Shown here piece after piece: positions 25,201 to 39,000 of a stretch of 64,000 nucleotides of DNA (position 1 is its first letter; each line of letters opens with the position of its first letter). Both the position numbers and the translations under genes were made by a program. Source of the DNA: Auanema rhodensis (taxonomy: Eukaryota > Animalia > Nematoda); contig OZ059900.1 in NCBI GenBank assembly GCA_964057225.1, positions 18,662,001-18,726,000 on the forward strand, written 5' to 3'. Under the pieces are notes generated by a model. That model was not told the origin of the DNA. It was given only the letters and a program-made list of their open reading frames with translations, and did not search any database.

Positions 25201-27361
25201 GTAAACAAGGTTTTGACTTACGATTTCATGTGTTCAAACTCATGCAATGTTAATGAAACCTAGCTCAAAATTGTTCGTACAACGTCTAGTTCCACTTTCA
25301 CGACAAAAAAACAGGGGTTAGAAAATTAAGGAAATTAGCATATTCTGAGGGCACGCCCCTTATGGCTAATATTGATTAAATCGATTTTTGTTCATATGAG
25401 TCGTCAAATGCAACGAATTTCAGCGTGTTACATACTAAAATGAAGCATTTTACATGCTGAACACTAGAAAAATACAAAAACACAGTATTTCCCATGAGAA
25501 ATATTTTATTATGCTGGAAAACCAGTTTTTGGAAATTTCGCTGTAAACAAGGTTTTGACTTACGATTTCATGTGTTCAAACTCATGCAATGTCAATGAAA
25601 CCTAGCTCAAAATTGTTCGTACAACGTCTAGTTCCACTTTCACGACAAAAAAACAGGGGTTAGAAAATTAAGGAAATTAGCATATTCTGAGGGCACGCCC
25701 CTTATGGCTAATATTGATTAAATCGATTTTTGTTCATATGAGTCGTCAAATGCAACGAATTTCAGCGTGTTACATACTAAAATGAAGCATTTTACATGCT
25801 GAACACTAGAAGAATACAAAAACACAGTATTTCCCATGAGAAATATTTTATTATGCTGGAAAACCAGTTTTTGGAAATTTCGCTGTAAACAAGGTTTTGA
25901 CTTACGATTTCATGTGTTCAAACTCATGCAATGTCAATGAAACCTAGCTCAAAATTGTTCGTACAACGTCTAGTTCCACTTTCACGACAAAAAAACTGGG
26001 GTTAGAAAATTAAGGAAATTAGCATATTCTGAGGGCACGCCCCTTATGGCTAATATTGATTAAATCGATTTTTGTTCATATGAGTCGTCAAATGCAACGA
26101 ATTTCAGCGTGTTACATACTAAAATGAAGCATTTTACATGCTGAACACTAGAAAAATACAAAAACACAGTATTTCCCATGAGAAATATTTTATTATGCTG
26201 GAAAACCAGTTTTTGGAAATTTCGCTGTAAACAAGGTTTTGACTTACGATTTCATGTGTTCAAACTCATGCAATGTCAATGAAACCTAGCTCAAAATTGT
26301 TCGTACAACGTCTAGTTCCACTTTCACGACAAAAAAACAGGGGTTAGAAAATTAAGGAAATTAGCATATTCTGAGGGCACGCCCCTTATGGCTAATATTG
26401 ATTAAATCGATTTTTGTTCATATGAGTCGTCAAATGCAACGAATTTCAGCGTGTTACATACTAAAATGAAGCATTTTACATGCTGAACACTAGAAGAATA
26501 CAAAAACACAGTATTTCCCATGAGAAATATTTTATTATGCTGGAAAACCAGTTTTTGGAAATTTCGCTGTAAACAAGGTTTTGACTTACGATTTCATGTG
26601 TTCAAACTCATGCAATGTCAATGAAACCTAGCTCAAAATTGTTCGTACAACGTCTAGTTCCACTTTCACGACAAAAAAACAGGGGTTAAAAAATTAAGGA
26701 AATTAGCATATTCTGAGGGCACGCCCCTTATGGCTAATATTGATTAAATCGATTTTTGTTCATATGAGTCGTCAAATGCAACGAATTTCAGCGTGTTACA
26801 TACTAAAATGAAGCATTTTACATGCTGAACACTAGAAAAATACAAAAACACAGTATTTCCCATGAGAAATATTTTATTATGCTGGAAAACCAGTTTTTGG
26901 AAATTTCGCTGTAAACAAGGTTTTGACTTACGATTTCATGTGTTCAAACTCATGCAATGTCAATGAAACCTAGCTCAAAATTGTTCGTACAACGTCTAGT
27001 TCCACTTTCACGACAAAAAAACAGGGGTTAGAAAATTAAGGAAATTAGCATATTCTGAGGGCACGCCCCTTATGGCTAATATTGATTAAATCGATTTTTG
27101 TTCATATGAGTCGTCAAATGCAACGAATTTCAGCGTGTTACATACTAAAATGAAGCATTTTACATGCTGAACACTAGAAGAATACAAAAACACAGTATTT
27201 CCCATGAGAAATATTTTATTATGCTGGAAAACCAGTTTGTGGAAATTTCGCTGTAAACAAGGTTTTGACTTACGATTTCATGTGTTCAAACTCATGCAAT
27301 GTCAATGAAACCTAGCTCAAAATTGTTCGTACAACGTCTAGTTCCACTTTCACGACAAAAA

Positions 27362-30097
27362 AACTGGGGTTAGAAAATTAAGGAAATTAGCATATTCTGA
27401 GGGCACGCCCCTTATGGCTAATATTGATTAAATCGATTTTTGTTCATATGAGTCGTCAAATGCAACGAATTTCAGCGTGTTACATACTAAAATGAACCAT
27501 TTTACATGCTGAACACTAGAAAAATACAAAAACACAGTATTTCCCATGAGAAATATTTTATTATGCTGGAAAACCAGTTTTTGGAAATTTCGCTGTAAAC
27601 AAGGTTTTGACTTACGATTTCATGTGTTCAAACTCATGCAATATCAATGAAACCTAGCTCAAAATTGTTCGTACAACGTCTAGTTCCACTTTCACGACAA
27701 AAAAACAGGGGTTAGAAAATTAAGGAAATTAGCATATTCTGAGGGCACGCCCCTTATGGCTAATATTGATTAAATCGATTTTTGTTCATATGAGTCGTCA
27801 AATGCAACGAATTTCAGCGTGTTACATACTAAAATGAAGCATTTTACATGCTGAACACTAGAAGAATACAAAAACACAGTATTTCCCATGAGAAATATTT
27901 TATTATGCTGGAAAACCAGTTTTTGGAAATTTCGCTGTAAACAAGGTTTTGACTTACGATTTCATGTGTTCAAACTCATGCAATGTCAATGAAACCTAGC
28001 TCAAAATTGTTCGTACAACGTCTAGTTCCACTTTCACGACAAAAAAACTGGGGTTAGAAAATTAAGGAAATTAGCATATTCTGAGGGCACGCCCCTTATG
28101 GCTAATATTGATTAAATCGATTTTTGTTCATATGAGTCGTCAAATGCAACGAATTTCAGCGTGTTACATACTAAAATGAAGCATTTTACATGCTGAACAC
28201 TAGAAAAATACAAAAACACAGTATTTCCCATGAGAAATATTTTATTATGCTGGAAAACCAGTTTTTGGAAATTTCGCTGTAAACAAGGTTTTGACTTACG
28301 ATTTCATGTGTTCAAACTCATGCAATGTCAATGAAACCTAGCTCAAAATTGTTCGTACAACGTCTAGTTCCACTTTCACGACAAAAAAACAGGGGTTAGA
28401 AAATTAAGGAAATTAGCATATTCTGAGGGCACGCCCCTTATGGCTAATATTGATTAAATCGATTTTTGTTCATATGAGTCGTCAAATGCAACGAATTTCA
28501 GCGTGTTACATACTAAAATGAACCATTTTACATGCTGAACACTAGAAAAATACAAAAACACAGTATTTCCCATGAGAAATATTTTATTATGCTGGAAAAC
28601 CAGTTTTTGGAAATTTCGCTGTAAACAAGGTTTTGACTTACGATTTCATGTGTTCAAACTCATGCAATATCAATGAAACCTAGCTCAAAATTGTTCGTAC
28701 AACGTCTAGTTCCACTTTCACGACAAAAAAACAGGGGTTAGAAAATTAAGGAAATTAGCATATTCTGAGGGCACGCCCCTTATGGCTAATATTGATTAAA
28801 TCGATTTTTGTTCATATGAGTCGTCAAATGCAACGAATTTCAGCGTGTTACATACTAAAATGAAGCATTTTACATGCTGAACACTAGAAGAATACAAAAA
28901 CACAGTATTTCCCATGAGAAATATTTTATTATGCTGGAAAACCAGTTTTTGGAAATTTCGCTGTAAACAAGGTTTTGACTTACGATTTCATGTGTTCAAA
29001 CTCATGCAATGTCAATGAAACCTAGCTCAAAATTGTTCGTACAACGTCTAGTTCCACTTTCACGACAAAAAAACTGGGGTTAGAAAATTAAGGAAATTAG
29101 CATATTCTGAGGGCACGCCCCTTATGGCTAATATTGATTAAATCGATTTTTGTTCATATGAGTCGTCAAATGCAACGAATTTCAGCGTGTTACATACTAA
29201 AATGAAGCATTTTACATGCTGAACACTAGAAAAATACAAAAACACAGTATTTCCCATGAGAAATATTTTATTATGCTGGAAAACCAGTTTTTGGAAATTT
29301 CGCTGTAAACAAGGTTTTGACTTACGATTTCATGTGTTCAAACTCATGCAATGTCAATGAAACCTAGCTCAAAATTGTTCGTACAACGTCTAGTTCCACT
29401 TTCACGACAAAAAAACAGGGGTTAGAAAATTAAGGAAATTAGCATATTCTGAGGGCACGCCCCTTATGGCTAATATTGATTAAATCGATTTTTGTTCATA
29501 TGAGTCGTCAAATGCAACGAATTTCAGCGTGTTACATACTAAAATGAACCATTTTACATGCTGAACACTAGAAAAATACAAAAACACAGTATTTCCCATG
29601 AGAAATATTTTATTATGCTGGAAAACCAGTTTTTGGAAATTTCGCTGTAAACAAGGTTTTGACTTACGATTTCATGTGTTCAAACTCATGCAATGTCAAT
29701 GAAACCTAGCTCAAAATTGTTCGTACAACGTCTAGTTCCACTTTCACGACAAAAAAACAGGGGTTAGAAAATTAAGGAAATTAGCATATTCTGAGGGCAC
29801 GCCCCTTATGGCTAATATTGATTAAATCGATTTTTGTTCATATGAGTCGTCAAATGCAACGAATTTCAGCGTGTTACATACTAAAATGAAGCATTTTACA
29901 TGCTGAACACTAGAAGAATACAAAAACACAGTATTTCCCATGAGAAATATTTTATTATGCTGGAAAACCAGTTTTTGGAAATTTCGCTGTAAACAAGGTT
30001 TTGACTTACGATTTCATGTGTTCAAACTCATGCAATGTCAATGAAACCTAGCTCAAAATTGTTCGTACAACGTCTAGTTCCACTTTCACGACAAAAA
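27362..30097. repeat. Local 3-monomer (1026-bp) higher-order repeat, about 2.7 copies
   Basis: G136C at 27497, 28523 and 29549; G282A in the first two copies; A4T at 28049 and 29075; G161 in the middle monomer of each unit. Confidence 0.85.
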
Positions 30098-33000
30098 AAC
30101 AGGGGTTAGAAAATTAAGGAAATTAGCATATTCTGAGGGCACGCCCCTTATGGCTAATATTGATTAAATCGATTTTTGTTCATATGAGTCGTCAAATGCA
30201 ACGAATTTCAGCGTGTTACATACTAAAATGAAGCATTTTACATGCTGAACACTAGAAAAATACAAAAACACAGTATTTCCCATGAGAAATATTTTATTAT
30301 GCTGGAAAACCAGTTTTTGGAAATTTCGCTGTAAACAAGGTTTTGACTTACGATTTCATGTGTTCAAACTCATGCAATGTCAATGAAACCTAGCTCAAAA
30401 TTGTTCGTACAACGTCTAGTTCCACTTTCACGACAAAAAAACAGGGGTTAGAAAATTAAGGAAATTAGCATATTCTGAGGGCACGCCCCTTATGGCTAAT
30501 ATTGATTAAATCGATTTTTGTTCGTATGAGTCGTCAAATGCAACGAATTTCAGCGTGTTACATACTAAAATGAAGCATTTTACATGCTGAACACTAGAAA
30601 AATACAAAAACACAGTATTTCCCACGAGAAATATTTTATTATGCTGGAAAACCAGTTTTTGGAAATTTCGGTGTAAACAAGGTTTTGACTTACGATTTCA
30701 TGTGTTCAAACTCATGCAATGTCAATGAAACCTAGCTCAAAATTGTTCGTACAACGTCTAGTTCCACTTTCACGACAAAAAAACAGGGGTTAGAAAATTA
30801 AGGAAATTAGCATATTCTGAGGGCACGCCCCTTATGGCTAATATTGATTAAATCGATTTTTGTTCATATGAGTCGTCAAATGCAACGAATTTCAGCGTGT
30901 TACATACTAAAATGAAGCATTTTACATGCTGAACACTAGAAGAATACAAAAACACAGTATTTCCCATGAGAAATATTTTATTATGCTGGAAAACCAGTTT
31001 TTGGAAATTTCGCTGTAAACAAGGTTTTGACTTACGATTTCATGTGTTCAAACTCATGCAATGTCAATGAAACCTAGCTCAAAATTGTTCGTACAACGTC
31101 TAGTTCCACTTTCACGACAAAAAAACAGGGGTTAGAAAATTAAGGAAATTAGCATATTCTGAGGGCACGCCCCTTATGGCTAATATTGATTAAATCGATT
31201 TTTGTTCATATGAGTCGTCAAATGCAACGAATTTCAGCGTGTTACATACTAAAATGAAGCATTTTACATGCTGAACACTAGAAGAATACAAAAACACAGT
31301 ATTTCCCATGAGAAATATTTTATTATGCTGGAAAACCAGTTTTTGGAAATTTCGCTGTAAACAAGGTTTTGACTTACGATTTCATGTGTTCAAACTCATG
31401 CAATGTCAATGAAACCTAGCTCAAAATTGTTCGTACAACGTCTAGTTCCACTTTCACGACAAAAAAACAGGGGTTAAAAAATTAAGGAAATTAGCATATT
31501 CTGAGGGCACGCCCCTTATGGCTAATATTGATTAAATCGATTTTTGTTCATATGAATCGTCAAATGCAACGAATTTCAGCGTGTTACATACTAAAATGAA
31601 GCATTTTACATGCTGAACACTAGAAAAATACAAAAACACAGTATTTCCCATGAGAAATATTTTATTATGCTGGAAAACCAGTTTTTGGAAATTTCGCTGT
31701 AAACAAGGTTTTGACTTACGATTTCATGTGTTCAAACTCATGCAATGTCAATGAAACCTAGCTCAAAATTGTTCGTACAACGTCTAGTTCCACTTTCACG
31801 ACAAAAAAACAGGGGTTAGAAAATTAAGGAAATTAGCATATTCTGAGGGCACGCCCCTTATGGCTAATATTGATTAAATCGATTTTTGTTCATATGAGTC
31901 GTCAAATGCAACGAATTTCAGCGTGTTACATACTAAAATGAAGCATTTTACATGCTGAACACTAGAAGAATACAAAAACACAGTATTTCCAATGAGAAAT
32001 ATTTTATTATGCTGGAAAACCAGTTTTTGGAAATTTCGCTGTAAACAAGGTTTTGACTTACGATTTCATGTGTTCAAACTCATGCAATGTCAATGAAACC
32101 TAGCTCAAAATTGTTCGTACAACGTCTAGTTCCACTTTCACGACAAAAAAACAGGGGTTAGAAAATTAAGGAAATTAGCATATTCTGAGGGCACGCCCCT
32201 TATGGCTAATATTGATTAAATCGATTTTTGTTCATATGAGTCGTCAAATGCAACGAATTTCAGCGTGTTACATACTAAAATGAAGCATTTTACATGCTGA
32301 ACACTAGAAAAATACAAAAACACAGTATTTCCCATGAGAAATATTTTATTATGCTGGAAAACCAGTTTTTGGAAATTTCGCTGTAAACAAGGTTTTGACT
32401 TACGATTTCATGTGTTCAAACTCATGCAATGTCAATGAAACCTAGCTCAAAATTGTTCGTACAACGTCTAGTTCCACTTTCACGACAAAAAAACAGGGGT
32501 TAGAAAATTAAGGAAATTAGCATATTCTGAGGGCACGCCCCTTATGGCTAATATTGATTAAATCGATTTTTGTTCGTATGAGTCGTCAAATGCAACGAAT
32601 TTCAGCGTGTTACATACTAAAATGAAGCATTTTACATGCTGAACACTAGAAAAATACAAAAACACAGTATTTCCCACGAGAAATATTTTATTATGCTGGA
32701 AAACCAGTTTTTGGAAATTTTGGTGTAAACAAGGTTTTGACTTACGATTTCATGTGTTCAAACTCATGCAATGTCAATGAAACCTAGCTCAAAATTGTTC
32801 GTACAATGTCTAGTTCCACTTTCACGACAAAAAAACAGGGGTTAGAAAATTAAGGAAATTAGCATATTCTGAGGGCACGCCCCTTATGGCTAATATTGAT
32901 TAAATCGATTTTTGTTCATATGAGTCGTCAAATGCAACGAATTTCAGCGTGTTACATACTAAAATGAAGCATTTTACATGCTGAACACTAGAAGAATACA

Positions 33001-36000
33001 AAAACACAGTATTTCCCATGAGAAATATTTTATTATGCTGGAAAACCAGTTTTTGGAAATTTCGCTGTAAACAAGGTTTTGACTTACGATTTCATGTGTT
33101 CAAACTCATGCAATGTCAATGAAACCTAGCTCAAAATTGTTCGTACAACGTCTAGTTCCACTTTCACGACAAAAAAAACAGGGGTTAAAAAATTAAGGAA
33201 ATTAGCATATTCTGAGGGCACGCCCCTTATGGCTAATATTGATTAAATCGATTTTTGTTCATATGAATCGTCAAATGCAACGAATTTCAGCGTGTTACAT
33301 ACTAAAATGAAACATTTTACATGCTGAACACTAGAAAAATACAAAAACACAGTATTTCCCATGAGAAATATTTTATTATGCTGGAAAACCAGTTTTTGGA
33401 AATTTCGCTGTAAACAAGGTTTTGACTTACGATTTCATGTGTTCAAACTCATGCAATGTCAATGAAACCTAGCTCAAAATTGTTCGTTCAACGTCTAGTT
33501 CCACTTTCACGACAAAAAAACAGGGGTTAGAAAATTAAGGAAATTAGCATATTCTGAGGGCACGCCCCTTATGGCTAATATTGATTAAATCGATTTTTGT
33601 TCGTATGAGTCGTCAAATGCAACGAATTTCAGCGTGTTACATACTAAAATGAAGCATTTTACATGCTGAACACTAGAAAAATACAAAAACACAGTATTTC
33701 CCACGAGAAATATTTTATTATGCTGGAAAACCAGTTTTTGGAAATTTCGGTGTAAACAAGGTTTTGACTTACGATTTCATGTGTTCAAACTCATGCAATG
33801 TCAATGAAACCTAGCTCAAAATTGTTCGTACAACATCTAGTTCCACTTTCACGACAAAAAAACAGGGGTTAGAAAATTAAGGAAATTAGCATATTCTGAG
33901 GGCACGCCCCTTATGGCTAATATTGATTAAATCGATTTTTGTTCATATGAGTCGTCAAATGCAACGAATTTCAGCGTGTTACATACTAAAATGAAGCATT
34001 TTACATGCTGAACACTAGAAGAATACAAAAACACAGTATTTCCCATGAGAAATATTTTATTATGCTGGAAAACCAGTTTGTGGAAATTTCGCTGTAAACA
34101 AGGTTTTGACTTACGATTTCATGTGTTCAAACTCATGCAATGTCAATGAAACCTAGCTCAAAATTGTTCGTACAACGTCTAGTTCCACTTTCACGACAAA
34201 AAAACAGGGGTTAGAAAATTAAGGAAATTAGCATATTCTGAGGGCACGCCCCTTATGGCTAATATTGATTAAATCGATTTTTGTTCGTATGAGTCGTCAA
34301 ATGCAACGAATTTCAGCGTGTTACATACTAAAATGAAGCATTTTACATGCTGAACACTAGAAAAATACAAAAACACAGTATTTCCCACGAGAAATATTTT
34401 ATTATGCTGGAAAACCAGTTTTTGGAAATTTCGGTGTAAACAAGGTTTTGACTTACGATTTCATGTGTTCAAACTCATGCAATGTTAATGAAACCTAGCT
34501 CAAAATTGTTCGTACAACGTCTAGTTCCACTTTCACGACAAAAAAACAGGGGTTAGAAAATTAAGGAAATTAGCATATTCTGAGGGCACGCCCCTTATGG
34601 CTAATATTGATTAAATCGATTTTTGTTCATATGAGTCGTCAAATGCAACGAATTTCAGCGTGTTACATACTAAAATGAAGCATTTTACATGCTGAACACT
34701 AGAAAAATACAAAAACACAGTATTTCCCATGAGAAATATTTTATTATGCTGGAAAACCAGTTTTTGGAAATTTCGCTGTAAACAAGGTTTTGACTTACGA
34801 TTTCATGTGTTCAAACTCATGCAATGTCAATGAAACCTAGCTCAAAATTGTTCGTACAACGTCTAGTTCCACTTTCACGACAAAAAAACAGGGGTTAGAA
34901 AATTAAGGAAATTAGCATATTCTGAGGGCACGCCCCTTATGGCTAATATTGATTAAATCGATTTTTGTTCATATGAGTCGTCAAATGCAACGAATTTCTG
35001 CGTGTTACATACTAAAATGAACCATTTTACATGCTGAACACTAGAAAAATACAAAAACACAGTATTTCCCATGAGAAATATTTTATTATGCTGGAAAACC
35101 AGTTTTTGGAAATTTCGCTGTAAACAAGGTTTTGACTTACGATTTCATGTGTTCAAACTCATGCAATGTCAATGAAACCTAGCTCAAAATTGTTCGTACA
35201 ACGTCTAGTTCCACTTTCACGACAAAAAAACAGGGGTTAGAAAATTAAGGAAATTAGCATATTCTGAGGGCACGCCCCTTATGGCTAATATTGATTAAAT
35301 CGATTTTTGTTCGTATGAGTCGTCAAATGCAACGAATTTCAGCGTGTTACATACTAAAATGAAGCATTTTACATGCTGAACACTAGAAAAATACAAAAAC
35401 ACAGTATTTCCCACGAGAAATATTTTATTATGCTGGAAAACCAGTTTTTGGAAATTTCGGTGTAAACAAGGTTTTGACTTACGATTTCATGTGTTCAAAC
35501 TCATGCAATGTCAATGAAACCTAGCTCAAAATTGTTCGTACAACGTCTAGTTCCACTTTCACGACAAAAAAACAGGGGTTAGAAAATTAAGGAAATTAGC
35601 ATATTCTGAGGGCACGCCCCTTATGGCTAATATTGATTAAATCGATTTTTGTTCATATGAGCCGTCAAATGCAACGAATTTCAGCGTGTTACATACTAAA
35701 ATGAAGCATTTTACATGCTGAACACTAGAAGAATACAAAAACACAGTATTTCCCATGAGAAATATTTTATTATGCTGGAAAACCAGTTTTTGGAAATTTC
35801 GCTGTAAACAAGGTTTTGACTTACGATTTCATGTGTTCAAACTCATGCAATGTCAATGAAACCTAGCTCAAAATTGTTCGTACAACGTCTAGTTCCACTT
35901 TCACGACAAAAAAAACAGGGGTTAAAAAATTAAGGAAATTAGCATATTCTGAGGGCACGCCCCTTATGGCTAATATTGATTAAATCGATTTTTGTTCATA

Positions 36001-39000
36001 TGAATCGTCAAATGCAACGAATTTCAGCGTGTTACATACTAAAATGAAGCATTTTACATGCTGAACACTAGAAAAATACAAAAACACAGTATTTCCCATG
36101 AGAAATATTTTATTATGCTGGAAAACCAGTTTTTGGAAATTTCGCTGTAAACAAGGTTTTGACTTACGATTTCATGTGTTCAAACTCATGCAATGTCAAT
36201 GAAACCTAGCTCAAAATTGTTCGTACAACGTCTAGTTCCACTTTCACGACAAAAAAACAGGGGTTAGAAAATTAAGGAAATTAGCATATTCTGAGGGCAC
36301 GCCCCTTATGGCTAATATTGATTAAATCGATTTTTGTTCGTATGAGTCGTCAAATGCAACGAATTTCAGCGTGTTACATACTAAAATGAAGCATTTTACA
36401 TGCTGAACACTAGAAAAATACAAAAACACAGTATTTCCCACGAGAAATATTTTATTATGCTGGAAAACCAGTTTTTGGAAATTTCGGTGTAAACAAGGTT
36501 TTGACTTACGATTTCATGTGTTCAAACTCATGCAATGTCAATGAAACCTAGCTCAAAATTGTTCGTACAACGTCTAGTTCCACTTTCACGACAAAAAAAC
36601 AGGGGTTAGAAAATTAAGGAAATTAGCATATTCTGAGGGCACGCCCCTTATGGCTAATATTGATTAAATCGATTTTTGTTCATATGAGTCGTCAAATGCA
36701 ACGAATTTCAGCGTGTTACATACTAAAATGAAGCATTTTACATGCTGAACACTAGAAGAATACAAAAACACAGTATTTCCCATGAGAAATATTTTATTAT
36801 GCTGGAAAACCAGTTTTTGGAAATTTCGCTGTAAACAAGGTTTTGACTTACGATTTCATGTGTTCAAACTCATGCAATGTCAATGAAACCTAGCTCAAAA
36901 TTGTTCGTACAACGTCTAGTTCCACTTTCACGACAAAAAAACAGGGGTTAAAAAATTAAGGAAATTAGCATATTCTGAGGGCACGCCCCTTATGGCTAAT
37001 ATTGATTAAATCGATTTTTGTTCATATGAGTCGTCAAATGCAACGAATTTCAGCGTGTTACATACTAAAATGAAGCATTTTACATGCTGAACACTAGAAG
37101 AATACAAAAACACAGTATTTCCCATGAGAAATATTTTATTATGCTGGAAAACCAGTTTTTGGAAATTTCGCTGTAAACAAGGTTTTGACTTACGATTTCA
37201 TGTGTTCAAACTCATGCAATGTCAATGAAACCTAGCTCAAAATTGTTCGTACAACGTCTAGTTCCACTTTCACGACAAAAAAACAGGGGTTAAAAAATTA
37301 AGGAAATTAGCATATTCTGAGGGCACGCCCCTTATGGCTAATATTGATTAAATCGATTTTTGTTCATATGAATCGTCAAATGCAACGAATTTCAGCGTGT
37401 TACATACTAAAATGAAGCATTTTACATGCTGAACACTAGAAAAATACAAAAACACAGTATTTCCCATGAGAAATATTTTATTATGCTGGAAAACCAGTTT
37501 TTGGAAATTTCGCTGTAAACAAGGTTTTGACTTACGATTTCATGTGTTCAAACTCATGCAATGTCAATGAAACCTAGCTCAAAATTGTTCGTACAACGTC
37601 TAGTTCCACTTTCACGACAAAAAAACAGGGGTTAGAAAATTAAGGAAATTAGCATATTCTGAGGGCACGCCCCTTATGGCTAATATTGATTAAATCGATT
37701 TTTGTTCATATGAGTCGTCAAATGCAACGAATTTCAGCGTGTTACATACTAAAATGAAGCATTTTACATGCTGAACACTAGAAGAATACAAAAACACAGT
37801 ATTTCCCATGAGAAATATTTTATTATGCTGGAAAACCAGTTTTTGGAAATTTCGCTGTAAACAAGGTTTTGACTTACGATTTCATGTGTTCAAACTCATG
37901 CAATGTCAATGAAACCTAGCTCAAAATTGTTCGTACAACGTCTAGTTCCACTTTCACGACAAAAAAAACAGGGGTTAAAAAATTAAGGAAATTAGCATAT
38001 TCTGAGGGCACGCCCCTTATGGCTAATATTGATTAAATCGATTTTTGTTCATATGAATCGTCAAATGCAACGAATTTCAGCGTGTTACATACTAAAATGA
38101 AGCATTTTACATGCTGAACACTAGAAAAATACAAAAACACAGTATTTCCCATGAGAAATATTTTATTATGCTGGAAAACCAGTTTTTGGAAATTTCGCTG
38201 TAAACAAGGTTTTGACTTACGATTTCATGTGTTCAAACTCATGCAATGTCAATGAAACCTAGCTCAAAATTGTTCGTACAACGTCTAGTTCCACTTTCAC
38301 GACAAAAAAACAGGGGTTAGAAAATTAAGGAAATTAGCATATTCTGAGGGCACGCCCCTTATGGCTAATATTGATTAAATCGATTTTTGTTCGTATGAGT
38401 CGTCAAATGCAACGAATTTCAGCGTGTTACATACTAAAATGAAGCATTTTACATGCTGAACACTAGAAAAATACAAAAACACAGTATTTCCCACGAGAAA
38501 TATTTTATTATGCTGGAAAACCAGTTTTTGGAAATTTCGGTGTAAACAAGGTTTTGACTTACGATTTCATGTGTTCAAACTCATGCAATGTCAATGAAAC
38601 CTAGCTCAAAATTGTTCGTACAACGTCTAGTTCCACTTTCACGACAAAAAAACAGGGGTTAGAAAATTAAGGAAATTAGCATATTCTGAGGGCACGCCCC
38701 TTATGGCTAATATTGATTAAATCGATTTTTGTTCATATGAGTCGTCAAATGCAACGAATTTCAGCGTGTTACATACTAAAATGAAGCATTTTACATGCTG
38801 AACACTAGAAGAATACAAAAACACAGTATTTCCCATGAGAAATATTTTATTATGCTGGAAAACCAGTTTTTGGAAATTTCGCTGTAAACAAGGTTTTGAC
38901 TTACGATTTCATGTGTTCAAACTCATGCAATGTCAATGAAACCTAGCTCAAAATTGTTCGTACAACGTCTAGTTCCACTTTCACGACAAAAAAACAGGGG

